Assembly (NCBI GenBank): GCA_964383765.1
Contig: CAYLHT010000003.1
Span: 6,328-70,327, forward strand
DNA from: an uncultured Gammaproteobacteria bacterium
GTDB lineage: Bacteria > Patescibacteriota > Patescibacteriia > SBBC01 > CAIJZX01
Direction of reading: 5' to 3'
DNA length: 64,000 bases
Shown: positions 1 to 9,790 of the stretch, piece by piece
How positions within the stretch are numbered: the stretch's first letter is position 1
Layout of the letters: each line of letters starts with the position of its first letter
The notes under the pieces: generated by a model
The model's database searches: none
What the model was told of the DNA's origin: nothing
Seen by the model: only the letters and a program-made list of their open reading frames with translations
Program-made: the position numbers and the translations under genes

Positions 1-1
1 T

Positions 2-3000
2 GAGTCCGGCACGGTCTACACCTTGCCAACTGGAACGTATAACGTTTCAGAAACTGGTGGGCCAGCTGGGTACACCGCGAGCTTCTCGGCTAGCTGCAGC
101 AACGGATCAATTGACGTCATCAGCGGCCAGCAAGCGGTCTGCACGATCACCAACACCCGCGACTCCGGCACCATCATCGTCAACCAGAAATTGGACACCG
201 ATGGCAATGGCTCGTTTGAAAGCGGTAACACTACCGCCAACGGCTTAGGCTACGCCTGGAGCCTTGATGGCGGTGCAACCAATCGCACAATGGGTAGCTC
301 AGCCGCGGTCACGACGATTGATAACCACGCAGTTAACGAAAATGGTGTCAGCGGATATCACTTCGTTGGCTGGTACTGGACCAATGACGGAACGCATTCT
401 TGCACGAACCCGCAAGCCACCAGCTTACCGGTCAACTTTACGGTCGCCAATGGCGAAACAAAAGACGTGACGCTGTGCGCGGCTCGTGATACCGGTACGC
501 TCGTCATCCAAAAGGATGTGATCAATCCGGATAACGGCGCGGTCAGCGACACGCACCAGTTCACGGTCACCGTGTCTGGTCAATCCAACGGCACAATCGC
601 CGAAGGGACAAACGCGACCTACAGCAACTTGCCAACCGGCAGCTACACCGTCACTGAGTTAGCTGACGGTAGCTACACCTTCGTGTCCTACAGCCTCGAC
701 ACCGATGCCAATGCCGGCAACGGCGCTCAGGTGACGGTCTCGAAAGATCAGACCACCACCCTGCTCGTCACCAACAAGCAGAAGAAAGTCAGCATCGTGG
801 TCCACAAGAATGTCGTCGGAATTGATGGTCAAACCGACGTCAGCGACAGTCACGGCTTCACGGCTAATGTGAATAGTACTAGCGGCACGATTGCTGAAGG
901 TTCGAACTTCACGACGCAAGTCAACCCCGGTAACGTTCACGTTTCTGAAAATGCTGACGCGAATTACGCCTTGGTCAGCATTACCCCGGCCGACTTCACG
1001 GTTCACAGTGGCGATCAACCGGTCAACGTCTATGTCGTCAACAAACAATTGCCAGCCCACATCACGGTCTACAAAGACGTGCGGGCTTGGGATGGCAGCG
1101 ACGTCAGCGACGGCCACACCTTCATGGTGACGTTGAATAACATCACCAAGAACTTCGGCGAGAACGCGCCGGCCAGCTACGACGTGGCTCCGGGTACATA
1201 CAGCGCCAATGAATTGGCGGATGCCAACTACACGCTGGACTCAATCAGCCCAGCTCAGGTAACCGTCGGTAGCAACGGCTCAGCCCAAATCACCGTCACG
1301 AACAAGCAGAATAAAGTCTTCGACTGGACGGTCACGAAGACCGGCCCAGCTACAGTTCAAGCTGGCGGTCAGATGACATACGACATCAGCTGGCAAATCA
1401 ACGCCAATAGCAATACCCAGCTGGCCAACATCACCGTGACTGATCCGCTGCCAGCGCACACCAGCTTCGTGTCCTGCAGCAACAGCTGTGATCACTCTAC
1501 CTCAACAATTAGTTGGAGCATTCCGGGTCCATTTGCGCCGGGTCAATCAGGCGTCGTCCACCTCACCGTGGCCGTCGATAATAACCTGAACCCGTTGCAA
1601 ATCACAAACATTGCGACCGTCTGCGGCGATCAACAGCCGTTTGTCCCAACCTTATCACTGACTGCCCTCAACCTCGATACGGTCAACGGCACCAGCCCGA
1701 CGCACGTCTGTAAGAACGGCTCGGTGGTGACACAACTGTTGTCGAGTTACACACTGGGTGTTAGCAAGACTGACAATCAGACCACGACCACCCCTGGCTC
1801 GACTTATAGCTACACGGTTAACTGGAATGTGAGTGGCAACGCCGCATCGACTAGCGCGTTAGTGGTCAAAGACACACTTCCGGCCCACACCAGTTTCGTC
1901 AGCGCCAGCAACGGCGGGACGAATAATGCCGGCGTCGTCACCTGGAATCTGGGTTCGAAGAGCGTCCCCTCCAACGGCACCCTGACGGTGACCGTCAAGG
2001 CCGACGATCTGATTCGGAACGGCACTGATCTACACAACACCGTGCAACTCTGTGACGACAGTCAACAGTGCGTGACTGGTGACGACCACACTCGTGTGGT
2101 GTCTGACTACCAAGTCAACGTCACCAAGACGGGCGCGCCGGAACCTGCCAACCCAGATCAGAACGTGACCTACACGCTGAACTGGACGCTGAGCGGCAAC
2201 GCGCCGGTCGACAGCTTGACCCTGACTGATACTTTGCCCGCCGGTGTAAGTTTCGTCGGCGCCAGCAACGGCGGCACCAACAATGCCGGGACGGTGACTT
2301 GGAACCTCGGGAGCTTCCCGACCGGCCAGGGCAATGGGAGCGTGACGGTGACTGTTCACCTGCCAACCCCATTAGCCAGCGGTACCACCTTCACCAACAC
2401 GGCCCAGATCTGCGGTTCAAGCACGAGCCTTGGTGATCAAGCGCCGGTCAATCACTGTGACAGTGATCAATTCATCACCCACGTGACCTCAGACTTCGGT
2501 GTCACGATTGACAAAGCGCGTCGCCCGTACACTGCCACAGCCGGGAATAATGGAACCCACACGCAGACCAGAGCAGTGGGCGGCAACGCGCCGGTGAACA
2601 CGTTAGCTCTCACTGACACTTTCCCCGCCGGTGCAAGTTTCGTCAGGGCCAGCAACGGCGGCACCAACAATGCCGGGACGGTGACCTGGAACCTCGGCGC
2701 ACATGTGCCGGGTGATCATGGCACGTTGACCCTGATTGTGATGGTCGCTAGCCCGCTGCAGAATGGTTCGCACCTCAGCAACACGGCTCAGGTTTGTGGC
2801 ACCAGTGGTCAAACCACGCACTGCAACACCGACACGGAAATCACGACCGTCAACAGTGACTTCAGCGTGGGCTTGGTCAAGACTGCGGCCAGCACCGTTA
2901 ATGCCGGTGATCAACTGATCTACACGCTGCACTGGACCCTGAACGGAAACGAATCGGTCAACCCAGTCGTCATCACCGATGCAATTCCGGCCAACACCAC

Positions 3001-4816
3001 GTTCGTCAGCGCCAGCAACGGCGGCACGAACACTGCCGGCACCGTCACCTGGAACCTCGGCGCCCATGTGCCGGGTGATAGCGGTGACGTGACCCTCACG
3101 GTCAACGTCAACAAACCGCTCGCCAATGGCACGGTCATCAGCAATACCGGCCAAGTCTGTGCGACGGCCACGAACCAGAACGATACCACCACGCAACACT
3201 GTGGCACCTCCACCACGACCACCACGGTCAACAGCGACTTCAGTGTTGACATCGTCAAGACCGCACCGAGCACAGTCAACGCTGGTGGCAGTCTGTCCTA
3301 TGTCTTAACCTGGAGCACGTCTGGCAACGCACCGATTGATAATCTGGTCATCACCGATCCGTTACCTGCCAACACCACATTCGTCAGCGCCAGCAACGGC
3401 GGAACAAACAACGCCGGTACAGTGACTTGGAACCTCGGTGCACATGCGCCGGGTGATCACGGTTCAGTCACCCTGAATGTAACGGTGGCCTCACCTCTGC
3501 AGAATGGAACGCTCATCACGAACACCGGGAAAATCTGTGGTGTCAGCGAGAGTGTCGATGGACAACGCTGTGACACAGACACGACGACCACAACGGTCAC
3601 TTCTGACTTCGGTGTCGATATTGCCAAAGCTGGTCCAGCCACAGCCACTCCTGGTAATCAACTGACCTATGTCCTGACCTGGACCACGACCGGCACAACG
3701 CCGATCTCCAGCGTCATCATCACCGACCCATTGCCAGCCAACACATCGTTTGTCAGCGCGACGAATGGCGGAACGAACAACGCCGGTACGGTCACCTGGA
3801 ACCTCGGCGCGCATGTGCCGGGTGATGGCGGAACGGTCACGTTGGTCGTGAAACTCAATTCCCCATTAGCGAATGGCACCAAAGTCGATAACACCGGTCA
3901 AATCTGTGCGCAGGCCACCGGAGTGGATGGGCAAAAGTGCGACACCAGCACCACCACCACGACGGTTAGCTCGTCACCGAGCTTGTCGATTGCTAAGACC
4001 AATGATGTCGTCGGCTTCACCAATCCCGGCAAAACCGTGACCTACACGGTCACCGTCACCAATGCCGCGGGTGCGACCGACACTGCTCACACCGTGGTCC
4101 TGACCGACGTGCTGCCGAGCGGCTTCACCTACACCGTCGGTGGTGGGTCAACCAAGAATTTCTCCTTGGGTGACATCGCGCCGGGCGCTTCGGTGATCAC
4201 GACCTATACTGCGGTCATCAACGCTGCCCAAGCTGCTGGCACCTACACCAACACGGCCTCAGCTCAGGGCAACAACACCAGCAAGGTCAGCGCCACGTCG
4301 AATGTCGAAGTCCGCGTGCCGCAAATTCTCGGTGCCACAACTGCTCCGAACCTGACGATTACCAAGACCGTCAAGCCAACTACGGCCAACCCGGGACAGA
4401 CCATCACGTATACCGTTACGATCAAAAACACTGGTGACGGGGATGCGAAGAACGTCGTCCTGACTGACACCTTGCCGTCCGGTCTGACCTTCCTTGACAC
4501 CGGTAAGTCAACGCAGACGTGGGATATTGGCACCTTGGCCGCTAACCACGATCGGGTGATCAATTACCTCGTCAAAGTTGGTTCAACGGTCAAGGCCGGA
4601 ACCTACAAGAACCTGGCCGTCGTGACCGCTTCGGATCTCAGCCCGCAGCAGGCCACAGCGACCTTGACAGTGAAGGTTCCGCAAGTACTGGGCTTAGCCA
4701 CCACCGGCGTTTCGCTCCGCGATTATCTGACCTTCGCCGCTGGTCTCATCCTGATGGGTCTCGGCGTCACCTGGCTCGTCCGGGGAAATCGCCGCCATGC
4801 AACCGAACTCGCTTAA
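2..4816 (+). CDS. Large sortase-anchored surface protein with prealbumin/SpaA-like and tandem DUF11 repeats (5'-truncated by the window)
   Basis: The frame is open from base 2. Repeated modules K..(V/A).PG..LTY.L.W...GN......TD.LP...SFVSASNGG.....VTWNLG. C-terminus is VPQVLG-LATTG, a hydrophobic helix and RGNRRH. A sortase lies immediately downstream. Confidence 0.85.
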   Translation, partial: ESGTVYTLPTGTYNVSETGGPAGYTASFSASCSNGSIDVISGQQAVCTITNTRDSGTIIVNQKLDTDGNGSFESGNTTANGLGYAWSLDGGATNRTMGSSAAVTTIDNHAVNENGVSGYHFVGWYWTNDGTHSCTNPQATSLPVNFTVANGETKDVTLCAARDTGTLVIQKDVINPDNGAVSDTHQFTVTVSGQSNGTIAEGTNATYSNLPTGSYTVTELADGSYTFVSYSLDTDANAGNGAQVTVSKDQTTTLLVTNKQKKVSIVVHKNVVGIDGQTDVSDSHGFTANVNSTSGTIAEGSNFTTQVNPGNVHVSENADANYALVSITPADFTVHSGDQPVNVYVVNKQLPAHITVYKDVRAWDGSDVSDGHTFMVTLNNITKNFGENAPASYDVAPGTYSANELADANYTLDSISPAQVTVGSNGSAQITVTNKQNKVFDWTVTKTGPATVQAGGQMTYDISWQINANSNTQLANITVTDPLPAHTSFVSCSNSCDHSTSTISWSIPGPFAPGQSGVVHLTVAVDNNLNPLQITNIATVCGDQQPFVPTLSLTALNLDTVNGTSPTHVCKNGSVVTQLLSSYTLGVSKTDNQTTTTPGSTYSYTVNWNVSGNAASTSALVVKDTLPAHTSFVSASNGGTNNAGVVTWNLGSKSVPSNGTLTVTVKADDLIRNGTDLHNTVQLCDDSQQCVTGDDHTRVVSDYQVNVTKTGAPEPANPDQNVTYTLNWTLSGNAPVDSLTLTDTLPAGVSFVGASNGGTNNAGTVTWNLGSFPTGQGNGSVTVTVHLPTPLASGTTFTNTAQICGSSTSLGDQAPVNHCDSDQFITHVTSDFGVTIDKARRPYTATAGNNGTHTQTRAVGGNAPVNTLALTDTFPAGASFVRASNGGTNNAGTVTWNLGAHVPGDHGTLTLIVMVASPLQNGSHLSNTAQVCGTSGQTTHCNTDTEITTVNSDFSVGLVKTAASTVNAGDQLIYTLHWTLNGNESVNPVVITDAIPANTTFVSASNGGTNTAGTVTWNLGAHVPGDSGDVTLTVNVNKPLANGTVISNTGQVCATATNQNDTTTQHCGTSTTTTTVNSDFSVDIVKTAPSTVNAGGSLSYVLTWSTSGNAPIDNLVITDPLPANTTFVSASNGGTNNAGTVTWNLGAHAPGDHGSVTLNVTVASPLQNGTLITNTGKICGVSESVDGQRCDTDTTTTTVTSDFGVDIAKAGPATATPGNQLTYVLTWTTTGTTPISSVIITDPLPANTSFVSATNGGTNNAGTVTWNLGAHVPGDGGTVTLVVKLNSPLANGTKVDNTGQICAQATGVDGQKCDTSTTTTTVSSSPSLSIAKTNDVVGFTNPGKTVTYTVTVTNAAGATDTAHTVVLTDVLPSGFTYTVGGGSTKNFSLGDIAPGASVITTYTAVINAAQAAGTYTNTASAQGNNTSKVSATSNVEVRVPQILGATTAPNLTITKTVKPTTANPGQTITYTVTIKNTGDGDAKNVVLTDTLPSGLTFLDTGKSTQTWDIGTLAANHDRVINYLVKVGSTVKAGTYKNLAVVTASDLSPQQATATLTVKVPQVLGLATTGVSLRDYLTFAAGLILMGLGVTWLVRGNRRHATELA

Positions 4817-5456
4817 TACTTCCGAGTTAGCTACCTTCCCCCATCGCCGCAAGGCGGTGGGGGTTTGGTGGCGCGTGGTCCCGATCGCGATGATCGTGAT
4901 TGGTGCCACCGTCATCAGTTACCCACTCTGGCCTGGGATTAAATTCGCATTAACAAAACCCAAACCGGTCATTCCTTTTCATACCAAGCTGGTCAGTACA
5001 CCCAGTGCTTTTGCAGCTTTACCATCGCTCCCGGTCATCACCGAGCTGGCCACGCCAAAGGACAACCGCCTGGTCATTCCCAGCATCGGGGTGAACATGC
5101 CAATCTTAGAAGGCCCGACCCAAAAAACCTTGGACCGAGGTGGCATTTGGCACATTCCGAAAACCTCTGATCCGGTCAAAGGTGGAAACATCGTCCTCTC
5201 CGGGCACCGTTGGCAATATCTGCCACCCAGCTCAACCACCCTCTATCTCCTGGATAAAGTGAAAATCGGCGAGCCGGTCCTCGTCTACTGGAAAGGACAA
5301 GAATATGATTACACGATTGATGGTCGCCAGGTCGTTAATCCTGACCGGGTTGATATTCTCAAAGATACCCCCCAACCGAAGTTAACCATTTTTACCTGTA
5401 CCCCACTCTACTCCACCAAACAACGCCTCGTCCTGTTTGGACATCTTATTTCATAA
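4797..5456 (+). CDS. Sortase
   Basis: N-terminal TM; RLVIPSIGV, GNIVLSGHR, LTIFTCTP and RLV supply the His/Cys/Arg triad. Confidence 0.92.
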   Translation: MQPNSLNTSELATFPHRRKAVGVWWRVVPIAMIVIGATVISYPLWPGIKFALTKPKPVIPFHTKLVSTPSAFAALPSLPVITELATPKDNRLVIPSIGVNMPILEGPTQKTLDRGGIWHIPKTSDPVKGGNIVLSGHRWQYLPPSSTTLYLLDKVKIGEPVLVYWKGQEYDYTIDGRQVVNPDRVDILKDTPQPKLTIFTCTPLYSTKQRLVLFGHLIS

Positions 5457-6546
5457 CGCTTCACGTATGCGCCTGTCGCGATGGTCAGTCATTTCTGTCT
5501 TCAGTCTCCTTGTGCTGAGTCTCGGGTTCGTGAGTCGCACGAATGCCACTACCACGAAAATTTCTGTTAGCCCAAGTTCGGCTACTCTGCAAGCTGGTCA
5601 TACCCAAACCTTTATTGTGACGGCCACGGATAGTACCGGAACAACGAAAGACGTCACTGCCGATTCGACGCTCTCATCAAATGACCCCAACGGCAAAGTC
5701 AGCGGCGCAACGTACACCGCCGGCCAAGTTGGCAATTGGACGATTCAAGTCGCCTACCAAAGCTTTGTGACAACCGCCAAAGTCAGTGTCAGTGCTGGCG
5801 ATGTGGCTGAGCTCGTGATTAACCCAAATTCAGATCCCGAAGTCATCTTAACTGGGACCAGAAAACGTTTTAGTGTTGAAGCCTTCGATGCCAAACACAA
5901 TCCACTCGACACCCCACACATCACCTGGAGCGTGATTGGAGCGATTGGCTCGATCGACAGTACGGGTGTCTTCACCCCAACTGGCATTGGCACCGGAAAA
6001 GTTCAGGCGCAATCTGATTCCGTCACCGGGCAAGTTGCCATTGAAGTTCGTCAGGCGCCCGTGACCAATACGAATTCATCCGTCACAACGAATACCAATA
6101 CCACCACGAACACAAATCGCCCGACGAACCGCAATACGAATTCGAGCAACACGAATTCGGCGACCAACGCGAACACCAATGTGGCCACGAATCAAAATAC
6201 GAACTCCTCCAACGTCAACGCGACCAACGCGAACACCAATACAAGTACTCTGGTAACCTCATCCCAGTGCACCTCGCTTAAACCCTGGGTTTGGACTGTG
6301 ATGCTGATTCTCTTCTTAATCCTCGTCGCCATCCTGTACGGCTTAGTACCAGTCACGAAAATCTGGCCAGTGGTGGTCGCCTTAATCAGCGCTGGCGTCC
6401 TAGCCTTTATTCAACGTAAGTACGACTGTAACCTGCAGACCTGGTGGGCGTGGGTGATTACACTCGGCACCGTCGCCTTGACCGCCTTAGCCATCCGCTC
6501 GAATCCAAGTACCGGCGGACAGAATCAAACGCCATCAAATTCCTAA
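5437..6546 (+). CDS. Membrane-anchored Ig-like-domain protein with Asn/Thr-rich linker
   Basis: Signal peptide, two Big_2-like modules (ISVSPSSATL; LVINP), an NTN low-complexity tract and three C-terminal TMs. True start may be 5467 (MRLSRW). Confidence 0.7.
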   Translation: MDILFHNASRMRLSRWSVISVFSLLVLSLGFVSRTNATTTKISVSPSSATLQAGHTQTFIVTATDSTGTTKDVTADSTLSSNDPNGKVSGATYTAGQVGNWTIQVAYQSFVTTAKVSVSAGDVAELVINPNSDPEVILTGTRKRFSVEAFDAKHNPLDTPHITWSVIGAIGSIDSTGVFTPTGIGTGKVQAQSDSVTGQVAIEVRQAPVTNTNSSVTTNTNTTTNTNRPTNRNTNSSNTNSATNANTNVATNQNTNSSNVNATNANTNTSTLVTSSQCTSLKPWVWTVMLILFLILVAILYGLVPVTKIWPVVVALISAGVLAFIQRKYDCNLQTWWAWVITLGTVALTALAIRSNPSTGGQNQTPSNS

Positions 6547-6559
6547 TCGATGAGATACT

Positions 6560-6586
6560 CCGCCCCGGCCGTCACGGCCGGGGCGG
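6560..6586. terminator. GC-rich hairpin between convergent genes
   Basis: ccgccccggccg-tca-cggccggggcgg is a perfect 12-bp stem. Confidence 0.6.
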
Positions 6587-6592
6587 TTGGTA

Positions 6593-7405
6593 TTAGTGCA
6601 ACCAAACAATCGCCAATACGGTCAGACCGAGAACGATCCGATACGCCGTAAACCACGCGTACGAATGACGACTGAGGAATCTGAGCAACGCCCGGATGAC
6701 AACGTACCCCACGATCGCCGCTACGGCCGCACCGACGATAAACGCTAACCGTTGATCGCTCGTTAATGATTCGTGACGAAGCTCAAAGAGTTTTTTCAGG
6801 ACCGCGCCAGCGGTGATTGGCGTGGCGAGTAAAAAAGAAAACCGCGCCGCCGACGGCCGGTCAAAACCTAGCCACCGCCCAGCGGTAATCGTCACCCCCG
6901 AACGTGAGATGCCCGGCACGACTGCGAACATTTGGGCTAGCCCAACCAAGAGCGCCTGCCACCACGTAATGCGATCCAACGCTCGGTCACTGCGACCAAA
7001 TCGATCGGCTAGCCAGAGGACAATACCCGCACCAATCAACGTTAGTGCCACGAGTGCGGGTTGCCGAAATGTGGATTCGGCCGCTGATTCAAGTAAAGCC
7101 CCCGCGATTGCGCCAGGAATGGTGGCAATCAATAGCCACCAAGCCAAGCGCTGATCCGGATCGGACATCTGCCAGCGGCCAAAATTCCGAAACCAGGATC
7201 GGACCAATCGCCACAGATCGTGCCAAAAGTACGCGAGTAAGGCCAACAGTGTACCCAGGTGGAGAGCCACATCAAACGTTAGATCATCGCCAACCGAAAA
7301 GTGTGTTATGCTGTGCAGGAGCAACAAGTGTCCGGAACTAGAAATTGGCAAGAATTCCGCTAGGCCCTGCACCGCCCCGAACAACGCCGCTTCACCAAGT
7401 ATCAT
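6593..7405 (-). CDS. uppP: Undecaprenyl-diphosphate phosphatase
   Basis: QGLAEFLPISSSGH and PGISRSG motifs. Confidence 0.95.
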   Translation of the reverse strand: MILGEAALFGAVQGLAEFLPISSSGHLLLLHSITHFSVGDDLTFDVALHLGTLLALLAYFWHDLWRLVRSWFRNFGRWQMSDPDQRLAWWLLIATIPGAIAGALLESAAESTFRQPALVALTLIGAGIVLWLADRFGRSDRALDRITWWQALLVGLAQMFAVVPGISRSGVTITAGRWLGFDRPSAARFSFLLATPITAGAVLKKLFELRHESLTSDQRLAFIVGAAVAAIVGYVVIRALLRFLSRHSYAWFTAYRIVLGLTVLAIVWLH

Positions 7406-7414
7406 AGATTCATA

Positions 7415-7870
7415 TTGATTATGACTATTCCGTCGTTACTGATTATTCCGCTCGCCGCTGGTTTGTTGACCCAGGTCACCAAGTTTATCATAGAAATCGT
7501 GCATGGCGAATGGCGGTGGGAAGCCTTCTTCGAGTACGGGGGCATGCCTTCTGCCCACACTGCTTTCGTGGTCTCATTAACGACGGCGGTCGGTTTACGG
7601 GAGGGCCTGGCGAGTGCAGACTTTGCAATCGCCTTTATTTTCTCGCTCTTGGTGATCCGCGACGCTACTGGTTTACGCCAATTCCTCGGCCAGCACGGGC
7701 GCGTCTTAAATATGCTGATTCGTGAATTACCGGACCAAGAAGAACGCAAGTTCCCACAAAAATTAGCTGAGCGGCTCGGCCATACTCCTCTGCAAGCCCT
7801 GGTGGGTGGCTTGATTGGGTTGCTGTCGGCGTTGGTGCTGTATCGCTGGCTACCGATCACGCCGTACTAA
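7415..7870 (+). CDS. Divergent PAP2 family protein (DUF212)
   Basis: GGMPSAH, DATGLR and LGHTP motifs. Confidence 0.9.
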   Translation: MIMTIPSLLIIPLAAGLLTQVTKFIIEIVHGEWRWEAFFEYGGMPSAHTAFVVSLTTAVGLREGLASADFAIAFIFSLLVIRDATGLRQFLGQHGRVLNMLIRELPDQEERKFPQKLAERLGHTPLQALVGGLIGLLSALVLYRWLPITPY

Positions 7871-8733
7871 CGCTGACAATTCGGACAGTAATGCGTCCCG
7901 CGCTGAGCCAGGACGGTTTTGACGATCGTGTGACCACAGCGGCGACACAGTAATCCATCTCGTCCATACACTCGCAGAAACTTATTCATACTCCCCTTCT
8001 CACCGTTGGAGCGACGGTAATCCGAGGCGGAGGTGCCGTTGTGTTTGATCGACAACTGGAGCACGTGACGAATTCCGCGATAGAGCGCTGCTCGTTCAGT
8101 CGGGGTAAGCGTGCTGATGCGGCGGGCTGGTTTGATTTTGGCGTAATGACAGGCCTCGTCGGCATAAATATTTCCGATCCCCGCCATTACATGTTGATCC
8201 ATAATCGTAGGCTTAACGCGTTTGACTCGATGCTTTTTGAGCAGCGCTGAAAACAACGCAAAACTAAAATCGTCGGTCAGTGGTTCCGGTCCATACCCCT
8301 GGCCTTCCAACCACTGTTCAAGTTCATCCGTTTTTACCAACCGCACAAATCCAAATTGCCGTTGGTCATTAAAAAATAGCGTGCCGCGATTGGTCACGAA
8401 AATGACATGTGAGTACTTGTTTGGCAGATTCAGCGTCCCGCCCGGAATCGGGTGACCGCCGACAATCTGACGATGGCGCTTCCCTTCCCAAATTAACTGT
8501 CCAGACATTTTGAGATGAATCACAATAGTGTGATTGTTCGAAACATCGAACAGGGCGAGCTTGGCCCGACGGTGCACTCGGAGAACTCGAGTGTTCAAAA
8601 TCCCCCGACGAAATTTTCGTAGCGGCATTTTGACCATTTTCGGTAAACCGACCTGGACTTGCTGAATCCGGCTACCGGGCATGACCCGGTTTAACTCACG
8701 GGTGATGGTTTCAACTTCGGGTAACTCCGGCAC
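7867..8733 (-). CDS. mutM: Formamidopyrimidine-DNA glycosylase
   Basis: N-terminal PELPEVE, GIGNIYADE and a C-terminal zinc finger. Confidence 0.95.
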   Translation of the reverse strand: MPELPEVETITRELNRVMPGSRIQQVQVGLPKMVKMPLRKFRRGILNTRVLRVHRRAKLALFDVSNNHTIVIHLKMSGQLIWEGKRHRQIVGGHPIPGGTLNLPNKYSHVIFVTNRGTLFFNDQRQFGFVRLVKTDELEQWLEGQGYGPEPLTDDFSFALFSALLKKHRVKRVKPTIMDQHVMAGIGNIYADEACHYAKIKPARRISTLTPTERAALYRGIRHVLQLSIKHNGTSASDYRRSNGEKGSMNKFLRVYGRDGLLCRRCGHTIVKTVLAQRGTHYCPNCQR

Positions 8734-8735
8734 AG

Positions 8736-9056
8736 CTATGTTAAAAACGACGAGGCTTCAATTTCTTGCCACTCTCCGTTAACTTTTCGTAGCGCAGTCA
8801 GCTCCGACACTTCTTCATCCGGGCTGTATTCATAGCTCACGCTGGCCGCCGTGCCGACCCGCCGGCCGCCCATAGCTTTTTTACCGATAATCCGCGGCCG
8901 GGTGACGAATTCTAGACGAATCTCCCCGACCGGTCCCGTAAATTCAATGAACTCAAGTCGGCCCGGTTCTTCGTCCAAGGGTTGTTCACCACGTTCGTTC
9001 ACAGTAAACCGATCTTGAATCGTTCCGATCAAATCAAGCCAGCGTTCTCGAGTCAT
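8736..9056 (-). CDS. Hypothetical protein
   Basis: 106-aa ORF coupled within the rarA-mutM operon. Confidence 0.75.
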   Translation of the reverse strand: MTRERWLDLIGTIQDRFTVNERGEQPLDEEPGRLEFIEFTGPVGEIRLEFVTRPRIIGKKAMGGRRVGTAASVSYEYSPDEEVSELTALRKVNGEWQEIEASSFLT

Positions 9057-9790
9057 ACCTGCTTGTTGTTATCGAGTAACCGATGCATAATTTTTGTCCA
9101 ATCGAGACGGAACATGATATACGCGATAACGGCAATTCCCCCAATCGTCAGAATTTGAGTGATTAAACCAGTCGTGGTCGCGGCTAAACCAGTGTTCAGT
9201 TGATGCGAAATCACAAAACTCGAATAGGTCACGACCCATCCGGCCATGATTTTTCCGAGCGTTGAGAACAACCACGCCCGCCAGACCGGATACTTGAGCA
9301 TGCCGAGCGGAATCATAATCAAGTCGTCCGGCAACGGGGTCGAGCCAAAAATCAGCAAGAAGATAATGATCATGCCTGGCCGTTCGTGTAAAATGCGTTC
9401 CATCGCGTCATAGGTTTCTGGTTTTTTGCGGTGAAACCAGTTCGACCCCCATCGCCCAACGATATAGCCAAACAACTGACCAATCCCGGCTCCGAGTCCC
9501 ATCAACAAGCCCAACCAAAACGGACTCAATCCCTGAGTTGCGAGGAAAAAGATAATCACCGTATATGGAAGGAAAACTGTGGCACTGGTGCTGCCAATCA
9601 AGGCCGAGAAAAAAGCTCCGGCGTACCCATACCGCAATGCGACATGCGTCCACGAATCGGTCAGATGACCATAGACTGTTGCGATCAGGGGAACACTCGT
9701 GATACCGATGCCGAGCAAAATCAGGATCACGAGCACAGTGATGACCCCCATTTCCGCTCGCCCGAACTTAAATGGTTTGAAATGAATCAT
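9053..9790 (-). CDS. DedA/VTT-family membrane protein
   Basis: Multiple TMs; GYIVGR and TPLPDD motifs. Confidence 0.8.
   Translation of the reverse strand: MIHFKPFKFGRAEMGVITVLVILILLGIGITSVPLIATVYGHLTDSWTHVALRYGYAGAFFSALIGSTSATVFLPYTVIIFFLATQGLSPFWLGLLMGLGAGIGQLFGYIVGRWGSNWFHRKKPETYDAMERILHERPGMIIIFLLIFGSTPLPDDLIMIPLGMLKYPVWRAWLFSTLGKIMAGWVVTYSSFVISHQLNTGLAATTTGLITQILTIGGIAVIAYIMFRLDWTKIMHRLLDNNKQV

Noticed and set aside
1900-3830. Recurrent ~50-nt direct repeats resembling a CRISPR array or DGR TR/VR pair
   Set aside because: They are the in-frame SASNGGTNNAGTVTWNLG motif of DUF11 modules spaced ~370 bp apart; no cas or reverse transcriptase gene is in the window.
6060-6245. AAY/ACN-rich tract as a DGR template
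   Set aside because: It encodes an ordinary Asn/Thr linker, and no matching variable repeat was seen.
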